Assembly (NCBI GenBank): GCA_964016885.1
Contig: OZ024741.1
Span: forward strand, 325,996,001-326,060,000
Direction of reading: 5' to 3'
Length of the DNA stretch: 64,000 nt
DNA from: Eledone cirrhosa
Taxonomy: Eukaryota
The number at the start of each line of letters is the position of its first letter. Positions within the stretch are counted from its first letter, which is position 1. The notes under the pieces are model-generated. The model made no database searches and was not told the origin of the DNA. It saw only the letters and a program-made list of their open reading frames with translations. Positions 1 to 13,392 of this stretch are shown piece by piece. The position numbers were made by a program, and so were the translations under genes.

Positions 1-5
1 GGGAA

Positions 6-66
<61 letters not shown>

Positions 67-542
67 AAGGGAGGGAGAGATAAAGAGAGAAAGAAAGAGA
101 GAGAGCGAGAGAGAAAGAGAGAAAATGTTTAATTAATTAAAGGAAACATTGATGACAGTTCAATGTCAAATTATTTTATATTAGGAAAAAAACAGAAAAA
201 TTAAGAAAATTTATTTGCCTTTGATTTTCACATGGCATTTCTCAATGATCAAGAAGAAGAAGAAGAAGAAGAAGAAGAAGAAGAAGAAGAAGAAGAAGAA
301 GAAGAAGAAGATATGATGATAAAGAAGGATATGAAAAAGAAGTTGAAAAAGAAGAAAAAGAAGGACAACAACAATGGTAACAACAACTACAATATCATCA
401 AAAATTGCCGAAAGAATTCCCCACCTCTAAATAATAGCAGCAACTACAACGTAGTTGCTGCTATTATTTAGTATCAACAAATAAAAAACAACAGCAACAG
501 CAACAGCAACAATAGTAACAACACCACAACCAACAAAAATAA

Positions 543-760
543 TGGTTTCTTATATAGGCACAAGGCCAGCAATTTTGGAGGAGGGGGAAAGTCGATTAAA
601 TCGACCTCAGTGCGTGACTGGTACTTTATTTTATCGACCTCGTAAGGATGAAAGGCAAAGTTAAATTCGGTGGGATTTGAAATCAGATCATAAAGGGCCG
701 TAACTCTATGCTTCAAAGCATGGCATCCGACCCTCTACCGATAATGCCAATCCACCGCCC
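543..760 (-). mobile_element. tRNA-derived SINE (main family of this window)
   Basis: Reverse complement has an A-box-like TGGCATTATCGG, a degenerate B-box, the central GCCTTTCATCCTTACGAGGTCGATAAAATAAAGTACCAG block and the tail GCTGGCCTTGTGCCTATATAAGAAACCATT; more than 10 related copies in the window. Confidence 0.85.
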
Positions 761-1084
761 GAGCCCACCAACAAAAATAATAGCAGCAACTCCCACAACA
801 GCAACAACAACATAACAACAACAATAGCAAAAGTAGCTACAAGAAAAACATCAACGCTGTACGTCCCTATTAGATGAGAATTAAAGAAAGATATTGTCAA
901 GTTGAGGCCTTTTGTTTTCATTTATTTCAAGTAGCATGGCCTGGCATGATATAGTCTCATAACTCTTGAGGGAGTCGTAGGGTCACCGTATTGATATACG
1001 GCGTTTCTAGGGCATTTAAAACCTGGTGAATACAGCAGATTTCTTCCAATGTAGGATAGAGCGAGTGAGGGTTATAAAGGAAGA

Positions 1085-1247
1085 AACCACCCAAGTACTT
1101 GACTGGTACTTTTCTATCGATCTCGAATGGATGAAAGGTAAAGTTAACTTCGGAGGGATTTGAACCCAGAGAGCAGAGAGCTGAAACCAATACCGCAAAG
1201 CAAAGCACTCTATACGACGTTCTAACGACTCTGCTAATTCGTCGCTT
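1085..1247 (-). mobile_element. SINE, partial diverged copy
   Basis: GACTGGTACTTT...GGATGAAAGGTAAAGTTAACTTCGGAGGGATTTGAACCCAG matches the 543-760 family. Confidence 0.7.
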
Positions 1248-1554
1248 ATTATTTCAAGTGGAGTAAGTAGCTAACATGAAATTTGAAAATCTGTGATGGA
1301 AATTGTTGCTGTAGCAGCCGAATATGGCGGCCAACTGTTCCTTAATTCACGGTCTCCTGCATTGAACGTGAAGGTACATTACTTAGTGGTTAGGTTATTC
1401 GGCTCGATCGTAAGTTCATGAGTTCGCCTCCCAGCACACACTTGGTCAACATTAGGTAGCAGTAACACACTGAAGTTGATGTAATGCCTTTGCCCTTCAA
1501 ATTGCTGGCCTTGTGCCAAAAATAGAAGAAATTATTTTAGTAGTTGTTAGTATT

Positions 1555-1765
1555 GTGGATTGGCGGAGTCGTTAGAATGTTGGACAAATGCTTTGTATTA
1601 TTTATTCCGGCTCTTTATGTTCTGGGTTCAAATCACGCCGAGTTGAACTTCTGGCGTCTATAAAATAAAGTACCAGTACTGCACTGAGGTTGATATAATC
1701 GACTTCCCGATTCCCACAAAACTACTGGCCTTGTGCCAATGTTAGATAGAATTATTACTATTGTT
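1555..1765 (+). mobile_element. tRNA-derived SINE copy
   Basis: TGGCGGAGTCGTTAG A-box, GGGTTCAAATC B-box, AAAATAAAGTACCAG block, CTGGCCTTGTGCC tail followed by ATTATT. Confidence 0.75.
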
Positions 1766-2032
1766 CTAATTGCTATTTATCATGTTGCCATCTCTGTTAC
1801 TATTAATATTCTGTTCTTGTATTTCTGTTGTTGTTGTTGTTAGTGTAAATGTTAGAGCTGTTATTTTTGTTGTTGTTCTTCTTCTGACAGATGATGGAAG
1901 AGTTGTTTTTGTTGTCATTGTATTCGTCAATGATATATCAGATTCACGAAAAGACATTGAATCAGATTTCGGTTTTTGCTACTGAACGTCAGTATGTGAA
2001 TGTGTGTGTTTGTGAGATAGCTAGCTTTCTAG

Positions 2033-2095
<63 letters not shown>

Positions 2096-2159
2096 TGTTG
2101 TAGCGAGAAGCTAACAGTATTCCATAACATATTAACCCAATATATTCCTTTAATATACT

Positions 2160-2965
2160 GTACCGATTGTGTTGTTACTTCTGTTTACCTTTTACATAGA
2201 TACATACATACATACATATACACAAACATATATATATATATACATACATATATATATATATAAGTATGTACACGTACATACATATATGTATACAGACATA
2301 CAGTAGTATGTATATATATATACATACATGCACACATATATATATATGTACGTATGGATTCACCGAACATTTATTATAATGCTCGGTGTGTTTGTAAACA
2401 AACATCCCGTATTAAGCCGTAGTGTCCAGCAACCATCGTTGTACGTCTGTATACATATATGTATGTACGTGTACATACTTATATTTAAGTAACAGCCGTA
2501 CTAAGAGTAGGAAATGAAATTTCGTTTCATTTTTTCCGTTTATCGTTTTCGGTGCACCCGGCCGATTAACACACTCGATATGCAAATTGGGCTACTCAGC
2601 CGTTAATATGCATAAGGTAAGTATATTCGTTCAACAATCTGGCAGGAAGGTATACGTTGCTGACGATAGCTAATAAGCTTGAAACTAGTACAGCGTTCCT
2701 TTGTCAGTGTTGAACAAACGAGCAACGATGGTTGCTGGACACTACGGCTTAATACGGGATGTTTGTTTACAAACACACCGAGCATTATAATAAATGTTCG
2801 GTGAATCGATACGTACATATATATATGTGTGCATGTATGTATATATATATACATACTACTGTACGTCTGTATACATATATGTATGTACGTGTACATACTT
2901 ATATTTAAGTAACAGCCGTACTAAGAGTGGGAAACGAAATTTCGTTTCATTTTTTCCGTTTATAT
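2160..2965. mobile_element. Non-autonomous Penelope-like (pLTR-derived) element with internal inverted and direct repeats
   Basis: About 2340-2441 is the reverse complement of about 2723-2820; about 2441-2542 is repeated directly at about 2861-2962; contains a hammerhead at 2654-2696; related sequence at 27212-27510. Confidence 0.6.
2654..2696 (+). ncRNA. Minimal type I hammerhead ribozyme
   Basis: ACGTTG-CTGACGA-T-AGCT-AATA-AGCT-T-GAAAC-TA-GTA-CAGCGT: stem I ACGTTG/CAGCGT, intact core, palindromic stem III ACTAGT, cleavage triplet GUA. Confidence 0.85.
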
Positions 2966-3027
2966 ATATGTATAACATATATATACATAAACATATACAT
3001 ATACAAAACATAACACATAAAGCCTAT

Positions 3028-3123
<96 letters not shown>

Positions 3124-3344
3124 GTGGGGAGAGAATGCTTAATTAATTAACTTAAATCCTTGATGACAGTTCTATGGCAAATTATTTTCTATCAGAAAAA
3201 TAGTTAACAACTTTTATTTCATTTTGATTCTCACAGGTTCTGACAAAGGGACAAATATATCCTTCTATCTATCTTTCTATCTCTCTATCAATCTATCTCA
3301 CTCCATCACTTTCTCTCGCTTACTCTATTACCCCGCCCCCATTA

Positions 3345-4040
3345 TTGAGTGCTTTTGGCTGCATTTCCCGACAGCATTCGTTGGCTTGCCCGCAACAAGA
3401 GCTTCGATTATGCTGTACTACCTTCTTGTATTATTATCTCCTAGATTTAATGAGTAATTGATTAATTTAATTAGACAATTCTATTGATTGGTTAATTGTT
3501 TATGTGTGTTTAATAACATCTAGTTGAGAGCTTTCATTCGGTTTGTGCAAAGGATTGAAATCCTTTGTTCAAATTTTGAATTTGACCGCCAAAACCGGGG
3601 GTTACCTACCTTCGGAGAAACCACGTGACTTCCAGCAGTGTTTACTACTAGTTCTTACAACCAGTGGAGGCAGAACGAAAACTTGTTGACGAAGTAAATT
3701 CCACTGTTCTATCTTCCAAACCCCAATTAACTTGCAGGCCCCTGCAAATGGATTTTGTTGATTTCGGATTTACAGAAACCTAGTGGGGATGTTATATAAT
3801 ATTATGTAATATGTCCATGATGGTCCAGGTAACAGTCAAACCTTTCCCTGAGTCGTTTTTTTCGTTATTCTGGTCCGAGCGGCTCGCTTTTAGGTCACTG
3901 GCTTCAATTTGCATAGCTGTCTAAACGTAATGTTATAACTCTAAGGTCAAAATCCTTATTGAGTGCTTTTGGCTGGACTTCCCGACAGCATTCGTCACCT
4001 TCCCCGCAACCAGAGCTTCGATTATGCTGTACTACCTTCT

Positions 4041-4043
<3 letters not shown>
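3345..4043. repeat. ~85-bp direct repeats about 614 bp apart (pLTR/LTR-like arrangement)
   Basis: GAGTGCTTTTGGCTG...GAGCTTCGATTATGCTGTACTACCTTCTTGTA at ~3347 and ~3961, ending at a (TA)n tract. Confidence 0.65.
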
Positions 4044-4084
<41 letters not shown>

Positions 4085-4088
<4 letters not shown>

Positions 4089-4690
4089 ATGTATATGTAT
4101 ATTATGAGTTCATTTTCCGGACCGGGTGATGCGTTGTGTCCTTTAGAAAGACACTTTATTTGAGGCTGATCCAGTTTATTCGGCGGAAGAAATGAGTTGT
4201 GACGTCACTGGTACTAAGCTTTATCGGCCTTACCTTTCACTGGGTAACATTGGTGGCGTGAGGAAGGCAGACTGGTATGCATGTGAAACACAAACAAACT
4301 TGCTCGGACTTGTACCTCGGAGGGTAACTTTCTAGGTACAAATCCCATGGCCATTCGTGACCGAATTGGTTATTATATGTGCGTGGTCCTGGTAGCGGGT
4401 GTGTATGTGAGGATGGAGTTTGTGTGTGTGTGTGTGTGTGTATGTGTGTGAAAAAAGTTGGGATAACTATCGTGTAATGGTGAGTTCGATTAGCGAAGTG
4501 GACAACGTGTGCCCTTGAGTGAAACACTTTACTCCACGTTCATCTCGTCAGCTGGAAAAAAACGTTGTATCTGAATTCGAAGAGCTAGCCCTATTTCACA
4601 CTGTGTCACGTCGAATCTCACTGAGAACAACATTATGGATCCACGTCTCTGTGAAATGCTCAGTCACTTGAACGTTAGTGCATTATATAT
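4085..4690 (+). mobile_element. Two degenerate SINE relics of a second type
   Basis: GAGTTC B-box-like motif followed by GTGTCCTT/GTGCCCTTGAG..ACACTTTA blocks at ~4107-4160 and ~4482-4535; similar block at ~35745-35800. Confidence 0.4.
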
Positions 4691-4789
4691 TCTTTTACTG
4701 GTACTTATTTTAATCTCTTTTTGTCGAAGCGTTATTTCACGGTACTGAAACACAGATACAGTCGTAAACAAACTCACACTCACATTCAA

Positions 4790-4911
<122 letters not shown>

Positions 4912-5419
4912 TGTAGACAGGTATCTGCAGGTTTTATTTACCAAATTCCCCTCACAGATCACTGGTCAACTTGAGACTATAGTGGAAGACATCGGTCCAG
5001 GTTGTCGTGAAGCTGAACAGAACCTAGAACACCATGGTAGGGACGTGAAATACTTAACCACTTTATTCACTTTTCACAGTTACTTCAAACTTTTGTCGGG
5101 ATTTTTCAAGAACTAGAGGCTTAAATGTTGAAATTTTAAATTGAAAAGTATAAATTATTCTTAATTGGCGATAAAATGTTTGAGCGAATGAAAAAGAATA
5201 AAGAACTATAAATTATTTTTAATTGGAATTTCAATTACATTCTTCTTCTTCTTCTTCTTCTTCTTCTTCTTCTTCTTCTTCTTCTTCTTCTTCTTCTTCC
5301 ACCCAAACATTCCAGCTTCAATTAACAATATATTTATGCCTCTTAACTCAATTTATCATTACGCGGACACTTTTGCATTTTTCCTTTCGGTAATCCTTAA
5401 TGCACAACAGATTCAAGAA

Positions 5420-6900
5420 ATCTGATGAGGTGAGGGGTATCTCTTACTGGGGCTGTCGTTTTGCAGTTGGGGAACTCTACTGTAGATGTTAGTGATGTTG
5501 TTCCTGTTGCTATTGTTGAAATCTTTGTGGGAGTTGGTTGTTTTGGGAGTTTCTGCTACTGCTGATGCTATTATGGGGGTGGTTGTTGTTCTTGTTTTCT
5601 GTTTTAGCTACTGCTAATGCTGGTACTGACGTTTGTACTGCTGTTTTTGCTGTTGCTGTCGCTGCTGCTGTCGCTGCTGCTGTCACTGCTGCTTTCAATA
5701 GTTCAAAGAGTTAGGGGTTAGCAGTCGGGATATTTTCACTTCAACAGCCAGTGTTTGTGAGTGTAGAACCGCACGATGGTTGTTGGCCCCACATATGTTG
5801 CAATCTGGCCTTCTACCTTATACAGCCATAAAGGATTGATAGCTAACTGGTGGGTTAATAGGGTCAAAAGTCAAGAATAACTTCCATGTTCTCTAGGACA
5901 GTTTGGATCAGGAGAACCATCTTTGAACCTATCCAAACTTCTTTTCGTATCTTCTGGACTTCGAAGATTTCTGCATTATCCCTAATTCTAGCTCGGACAG
6001 CCATCAGCAGATGTCTATTTGTGGAGGAAGATAGTTTTTCTCCTCACTTTCCGCAATTCGTCGGTCTGTGTGTTACATTTTCCTCTTTTTTTTATTGTAG
6101 CGATTGAGTGCTTCTTGGCCTCCTTTTTATTGGGAAACTTCGCCTCTACCTTTATAAATCCTTTACCACGTGTTATGTAGTGTTTGATGTGCCAGGTTAT
6201 TTTAACGTATAGCTTAATTTGTTCTTTGCTGCACTTGGATAATGCTCCAATACATTTGCAGATGACCATGCTCCTTCTTGGGTCTGACAGAACCTGTTTC
6301 GGCACAGCTAATGACAAGTTTCCGCCAAACCTTGTCACCAGTTGAATGGCCCTGTTGATTCTCCTGTCATTTCGTACAACTGTGTCTATTGATTGCACTA
6401 CATTGGAAACCGAAGCAACACTAGCAACTTCGCCTTTGTTGTTCGTGGGGGCTTTGGTAATAATGTTGCCATCTCTGCTTCTACTGTTTTGCTTTGTTGT
6501 AGGCACGGTGGCAACGTAATTATTTTGGCTTCTGTTGATAGTGGGTGAGATGGGGGAGGCATTATAATTCATGCGTTCGTTTTTAGGTAAGCTGATTGTG
6601 GTGGTGCATTCAGTTATATTTTCATTGTTGTAGTTGTTACTGTGATTCTCATTGTTGTCTCTTATATCTCATTGTTGTCGTCGTCATCGTTGTCGTCGTC
6701 ATTGTTGTTGTTGTTGTTCTTCTTCTTCTTCTAGTTCCTTTCTTGCTTTTGTTACTTTCACCCATTGTAATGGTGGAGGTGCTGGTGCTGGTGTTGAGGT
6801 GATACATTGGCTTCCAGCCATCAGAAGTGAGGGGAGAGGAACGTTTCATAGTTCGCAGTGCAAACACTATCTACGCTATTCTTTTTAAACGGTCATACAA
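5420..6900 (-). pseudogene. Degenerate ORF1 of a third, older Tx1-like family
   Basis: ORF 6015-6572 KCSKEQIKLYVKITWHIKHYITRGKGFIKVEAKFPNKKEAKKHS aligns by eye to Tx1 ORF1 RATEAQIQKALGSVWQRKTHITRGKKYATVDVLFATPQEA; downstream GRRPDCNICGANNHRA (~5770-5820) parallels GKRPKCFRCGSKTHLRA. Confidence 0.65.
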
Positions 6901-7199
6901 CTAATTCTTTCAGCCTATTGCTAGAAAATATTTCTCCTTTTCCAGTTACAGAAAAATATAAAAAAAAAACATTATAGAAAAAAACAAAAACCAAAAAAAA
7001 TCAAACAAAAAACAAAAGAAAACAAAAGCAAAATTAAAACCCAAAACCCAAGACAGAAACCATGTAAGACAATGATGTTATTAATGTAATTTACACAGCT
7101 GAATTTCTCGTTGTCGAAACAAATCAAATCAAATTAAAGTTATTATCAAGACAATAAATGGACGTGCTTCGAAATTAACTAAGAGAAGTGAAATAAATA

Positions 7200-7415
7200 T
7201 CTATTCAACGTTCATCATCTTCTTGGCTGGTGAACGGAGATTCTTGGAGGGGGGGGGGGACTGAAGCTGACTCTATTCAACGTTCATCATTATCTTCGCT
7301 TCACTTGGTGAACGGAGATTCTTGGAGGGGGGGGGGACTGAAGCTGGCTCTATTCAACGTTCATCATCTTCTTGGCTTGCTGAACGGAGATTCTTGGAGG
7401 GTGGACTGAAGCTAG
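7200..7415. repeat. Three tandem ~65-75 bp repeats
   Basis: CTATTCAACGTTCATCAT...TGAACGGAGATTCTTGGAGG(G)nACTGAAGCT three times. Confidence 0.9.
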
Positions 7416-7849
7416 TGCGCTTGTAGTTGACAGATAATTAGGGACAAGGACAGGCAGGTTCGGCATTCGCAGTAAGTGCAAAGGAAATTCTGTCTTAGGT
7501 TCGGTGATTTTGTGTTTCAGTTCTTCCCCTCACAATCTCCTTTTTTTCCCAGGAAAACTTTCCGTGCATTTGCAGAGGAGGAGGAGGAGACAGACTAGGG
7601 GATGGTGTTTCAATAAACCACAAACCCAGATCTATAGAAAACTGCCGTCAATAGACAGTGAAACAAGCACCGAATGGTTTCGTTAGAGTCTTTGTGTCTC
7701 TTTGTGTCTTCCGCTAAGACCAAGCCCACAGCTTTTTCTCGGAGACAGTATACAACTTTCTCAGCCCACTGAGAAATATGGAATGTACAGAATTGAATAC
7801 TTAAGTCGAAAGTCTGTTTAGAGCCTGGAGGCTCATCAGTCTAGTACTT

Positions 7850-8035
7850 ATTTCATTTTCGTGTCGTTAAGCGACTGAAAGTACAAGATACTTCCCTGGA
7901 CAGGACACCAGTCAATCGCAGGGTTAAATCCCCGGCTATTGCTGGTGCTCATTTTAAGCTGAGAATACTGGTATCGAACCCACATCATTACGATCGTAAG
8001 TCCAACAAACTTACCACTAGGCCACGCGCATCCAC
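7850..8035 (-). mobile_element. SINE relic with V-domain-like segment
   Basis: Reverse complement contains AACCCTGCGATTGACTGGTGTCCTGTCCAGGG, resembling the V-SINE central domain as recalled, after a tRNA-like head (GGGTTCGATACC). Confidence 0.5.
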
Positions 8036-8292
8036 AATTGAATATCCAAGGATCCATTAAACGATATGTAACATTATAAAACAATGATACGAGAGAAGGT
8101 CATATGAAACTCTTTTTAGACCTTAATTTCATCATACCTACCATAAATTCCTGTGTATGAACATTTTTCACTCATCATTGTGCCTTGAACACCGGTGTGA
8201 TTCATAGAGTCACCGTAGTGATACAAGGCTTGTTTTGGGTAAATAAACACGACGAAGCTCATTTCTCGCCAGATTTGAACACAGGTGATTTC

Positions 8293-8353
<61 letters not shown>

Positions 8354-8436
8354 AGGTGAGTTTTATTGTAGTACAATAAAGCAATGCAGATATCGGATAA
8401 GAAGCACTCTACAGTTTGTAGGACTGGAGTATACAT

Positions 8437-8762
8437 AATATAAGATCAAAAGATGGTTAAAGGAGTTCCATGTATTTTATTATGCGCATTTCAAAAACAA
8501 ATATCATCATGCAATAACATTTGTGTTTTCATCAGATAAAACAGGAGAACATGATATGAAGGCTAAAAAACACTTGTGGATAGTGCAGTTTTAAATCAAG
8601 ATATGTTGATTTAAAACTGCACTATCCACAAGTGTTTTTTAGCCTTCACATCATGTTCTCCTGTTTTATCTGATGAAAACACAAATGTTATTGCATGATG
8701 ATATTTGTTTTTGAAATGCGCATAATAAAATACATGGAACTCCTTTAACCATCTTTTGATCT

Positions 8763-8769
<7 letters not shown>
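8437..8769. repeat. Near-perfect ~165-bp-arm palindrome carrying two opposed hammerhead motifs
   Basis: Arms mirror around GATATG at ~8600-8605 with about one mismatch; bounded on the right by (TA)n. Confidence 0.95.
8663..8731 (+). ncRNA. Type I hammerhead ribozyme (mirror copy on - at ~8474-8541)
   Basis: TTTTAT-CTGATGA-[AAACACAAATGTTATT GC ATGATGATATTTGTTTTT stem II]-GAAA-TGCGC-ATA-ATAAAA; palindromic ATGCGCAT stem III, AUA cleavage triplet. Confidence 0.8.
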
Positions 8770-8822
<53 letters not shown>

Positions 8823-9224
8823 CCGTGTAACCACTCTCTATTTGTATACATATCGGTGACGGCTATGTTGTTCAATGTATCCTTGTTTTTACTTAAGAAG
8901 CTAGCATATCATTTCCTGAACAACTAGTTGCTTTTTCTAACGTTTGTGGAGACTGTACAGGCTTATTATTTCGGATGATCCTACGGTTATATTTTTACAT
9001 TTCGTTTCCGTTATAGTTGGGTTATTGTTAATTGCCTTTAGAAATTGGTATACATAATATTTTTTCCAAGAATATTACATTATATAGCATTATATAATCT
9101 AGATGTATATATGTATTTATGCATACATACGTATATATATCTGTATATATATGTATACGTATTTATATATATATATATGTATGTATATATATACATATAC
9201 ATATAATGTATATATATAGTACAG

Positions 9225-9297
<73 letters not shown>

Positions 9298-9361
9298 TAT
9301 ATAAAGGAATATTTCCGCAGGAAAGGTAAAAAAAATAGAGTGCTCTATGTAGGCTACAGAG

Positions 9362-9435
<74 letters not shown>

Positions 9436-10067
9436 ATATATTTATATTATATATGTACATATATACATATGCATACACATACATATATATGTATATACAT
9501 ATATGTGTGGGCTTGTATATGTATATGCGTACAAACACACATACATATATATGTATATATATCCACGCATACACACACATATATACATATATATTTATAT
9601 GCATGAATATCTATCTATTCATATGTCTATATACATACATACAAATACATACTCACACACACACACTCACATACACACGCCCGCGTACATATACATATAT
9701 AAATATTTAAAAATACATATATATATATATACACTATTCCATATATATTCCACCAAATGCTTTTCTTCCTGTTTTGGGGCCAATTTTCTCTTTTATTTTT
9801 GTAGGTATCCGTTGATTCTTTTACAAAATTACTGGAAGCTAGAAGCTAGGTTATATTCCGTTTTTACCGCCTCACTAACATTAACATAAAATAGAACAAA
9901 AGCCAGAACGGTCACATTAGTCTTTCTTCTTTCCTTCATGTCTTTTATTTCTTTTACTCTTCCAAGGTTCTTTCCTTTTTCATATTCTCTTCCCTTTATT
10001 ATTTCGCTTTCATTCATTCTTCTAATAAGTTCTGTTCTGTCCTGTTCTTTCTTTTATCTGCATCAAA

Positions 10068-10129
10068 ACCACCACCACCACCACCACCACCACAACCATA
10101 TCTGTTCCCTCCATTACCGCCGCCATAGC

Positions 10130-10173
<44 letters not shown>

Positions 10174-10273
10174 GCAGCTTCTTCTTCTTCTTCTTCTTCT
10201 TCTTCTTCTTCTTCTTCTTCTTCTTCTTCTTCTTCTTCTTCTTCTTCTTCTTCTTCTTCTTCATAATAATAAT
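10068..10273. repeat. Compound trinucleotide microsatellite (CAC)n/(CAT)n/(CTT)n/(AAT)n
   Basis: Seen directly. Confidence 0.95.
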
Positions 10274-10304
10274 ATCGTTTACATATGAAAAATATTTATT
10301 GCGT

Positions 10305-10896
10305 ATCGACCTGTGGTCACCCCATAGTATCAAACTAACCACGGAGCTTGAGACAATCCAACGAAGCTACACCAAGAGGATTGACACGATGAAGGAGATG
10401 AGCTCCTGGGAAAGACTAAAAGAACTGAAACTCTCCTCCTTGGAACGAAGACGGGAGAGATACGCAGTGATATACATATGGAAAACCCTGGAGGGACTAG
10501 AACCAAACTTTGGCAGTGAGAGCTGGACCAACCCCCGATCAGGACATCATTGTGTGGTGCCAAAGATTCCGTCTTCCACACCTAGAAGAAGGAGCAGATA
10601 TTGCAATAGCCTGGGGTTCTAAGGCCCTCAACTCTTCAACAAGCTGCCAAGAAATTTGGGAGATCTGCATGGCGTGGCCGTGGATGTTTTCAAGAAACAT
10701 CTCTACACCCTGCTATCCTGGATCCCGGATGAGCCCACAGCACGGTACGAAAGTAATCTAAGGGCAGCAGCAACGAACTCCCTCTTACACCAATGGCCAG
10801 CCAACACAAGCTGGTGATAGAATGTGTAGCAACAAGGGCGGTGCCCCAACATGGACGCCTGGAAGAGGTAAAAGATTAAAAGAGTAAAAGAGTAAA
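10305..10896 (+). mobile_element. 3' fragment of a CR1/L2-group LINE (post-RT region and tail)
   Basis: LWSPHSIKLTTELETIQRSYTKRI..ERLKELKLSSLERRRERYAVIYIWK is the typical CR1/L2-group C-terminal motif; ends in short repeats (TAAAAGAG)n. Confidence 0.8.
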
Positions 10897-10902
10897 TACA
10901 TC

Positions 10903-10994
10903 ACCAGTCTGACTAGCAGATCGATACTGGAGTCGGGTCCATAATTCCTATGGGTCACCTTGAGCCAATCCTCTGCGAAACGCGCGTAACAGGT
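10903..10994 (+). ncRNA. Degenerate type I hammerhead with long stem II
   Basis: ACCAGT-CTGACTA-GCAGA...TCTGC-GAAAC-GCGC-GTA-ACAGGT; one core mismatch (CTGACTA); related decayed copy at ~23750-23800. Confidence 0.6.
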
Positions 10995-11122
10995 CGATAC
11001 GCAATAAATCTTTTTGATATGTAAATGAAACTTCCTCGTTTTTTCCTATTATATACACTGTAACTGAGCACAAAGTGCTTGATTTGGTTCCAACACCAGT
11101 ATTTCACCGAACTACCCACACA

Positions 11123-11191
<69 letters not shown>

Positions 11192-11364
11192 AATACATAT
11201 ATATATATTTGTTACACATTTTATCATATATATATGTGTGTAGAAAGAGAGCTAGGGGGAGAGAGTGAGAGAGAAAGTGGGAGAGATGGATGTGAAGAAA
11301 GATGCAAACATACAAACATAGATATTCCCACTTTTACTTAAACACACGCATCCCAACTCCAGCT

Positions 11365-11800
<436 letters not shown>

Positions 11801-11836
11801 TATATATACATATATACATATATATATCTATATATG

Positions 11837-11894
<58 letters not shown>

Positions 11895-11998
11895 TATATA
11901 TGCATATATACATATATATATGTATATATGTATATGTATATATATATAATGGAAAAATTTGAACAGGAACAAAACAGAGAGGCAGTACAACGAATGTT

Positions 11999-12037
<39 letters not shown>

Positions 12038-12076
12038 GTGTATATATGTATATGTATATATGTATATATGTAAATG

Positions 12077-12151
<75 letters not shown>

Positions 12152-12471
12152 AGCTGGAGTTGGGATGAGTGTGTTTAAGTAAAAGTGGGAATATCTATGT
12201 TTGTATGTTTGCATCTTTCTTCACATCCATCTCTCCCACTTTCTCTCTCACTCTCTCCCCCTATCTCTCTTTCTACACACATATATATATGATAAAATGT
12301 GTATATATATATATATACATATATACATATATACATATATATATATGTATATATACTTAATTGTAGACGTATGTTCTCCTTATCAAACTTGTTGAAGAAA
12401 CATTTCATTCAACATTGTCTGTATGTCTATATATATATATATGTACACACACACACACACATATATATAAA

Positions 12472-12605
<134 letters not shown>

Positions 12606-12879
12606 CATATATATGTATATAAACATAATTGTAGACATATGTTCTTATAAGATTAGTTGAAGAAACATTTCATTCAACATTGTAGCTCGTTGTTATATAT
12701 GTTGTCTAAAATTAGAATTTATCATCCAATGAAACCCTACAAATAACATGTCTGGGCCTAGAAGAGAAAAGTAATTGATAAATAGTAAAAGATAAATACT
12801 TGTTGTTTACATGAATACAATGATATTACTCCGAGGTGACCTTAACTAAATGTTCATTTATTATAATATTCACCACTGA

Positions 12880-13060
12880 TGACAGTGGATTGGCAGAGTC
12901 GTTTGAGCATCGAAAAAATGCCATGGCAGTATTTATTCCGGCTCTTTTCTTTCTGAGTTCGAATCTCACCGAAGTCTATAATGCCTTTCATCCTATCGAG
13001 GTAGACAAATTAAACTACCAATAATGTGCTGGAGTCGGTATAATCGAATTCCCCCTTTCC
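12880..13060 (+). mobile_element. SINE copy
   Basis: TGGCAGAGTCG A-box, GAGTTCGAATC B-box, GCCTTTCATCC block. Confidence 0.7.
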
Positions 13061-13326
13061 ATCCATTATGTAATAAAAATCAATGCATGTTTTGTTTTTC
13101 TAGTAGATGTTGTTTAATTGAGGCCAGCTACCTATTGAATGATAAAAGACGGAGTTTAGTATGAGAAGAATTTTTGACTCAAGTACTCTTCTCTAAGTTC
13201 AAATAGAAATACTGTGTCAATTTGAGACTCTCTTCGCCGCTTAATATTTATCGGTGTGATATTAAAAGACAACTAGAATAACCTTTATTGATCTCTTATA
13301 TGAATAACAGCAAGATAATACTGTTT

Positions 13327-13392
<66 letters not shown>

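Noticed and set aside
232-471. Acidic/basic 79-aa ORF
   Set aside because: Made of (GAA)n and (CAA)n repeats; no domain or splice context
5420-5450. CTGATGA motif
   Set aside because: No GAAA or stems at suitable spacing
7200-7415. CRISPR-like appearance of spaced repeats
   Set aside because: Contiguous tandem units without unique spacers; eukaryotic context, no cas genes
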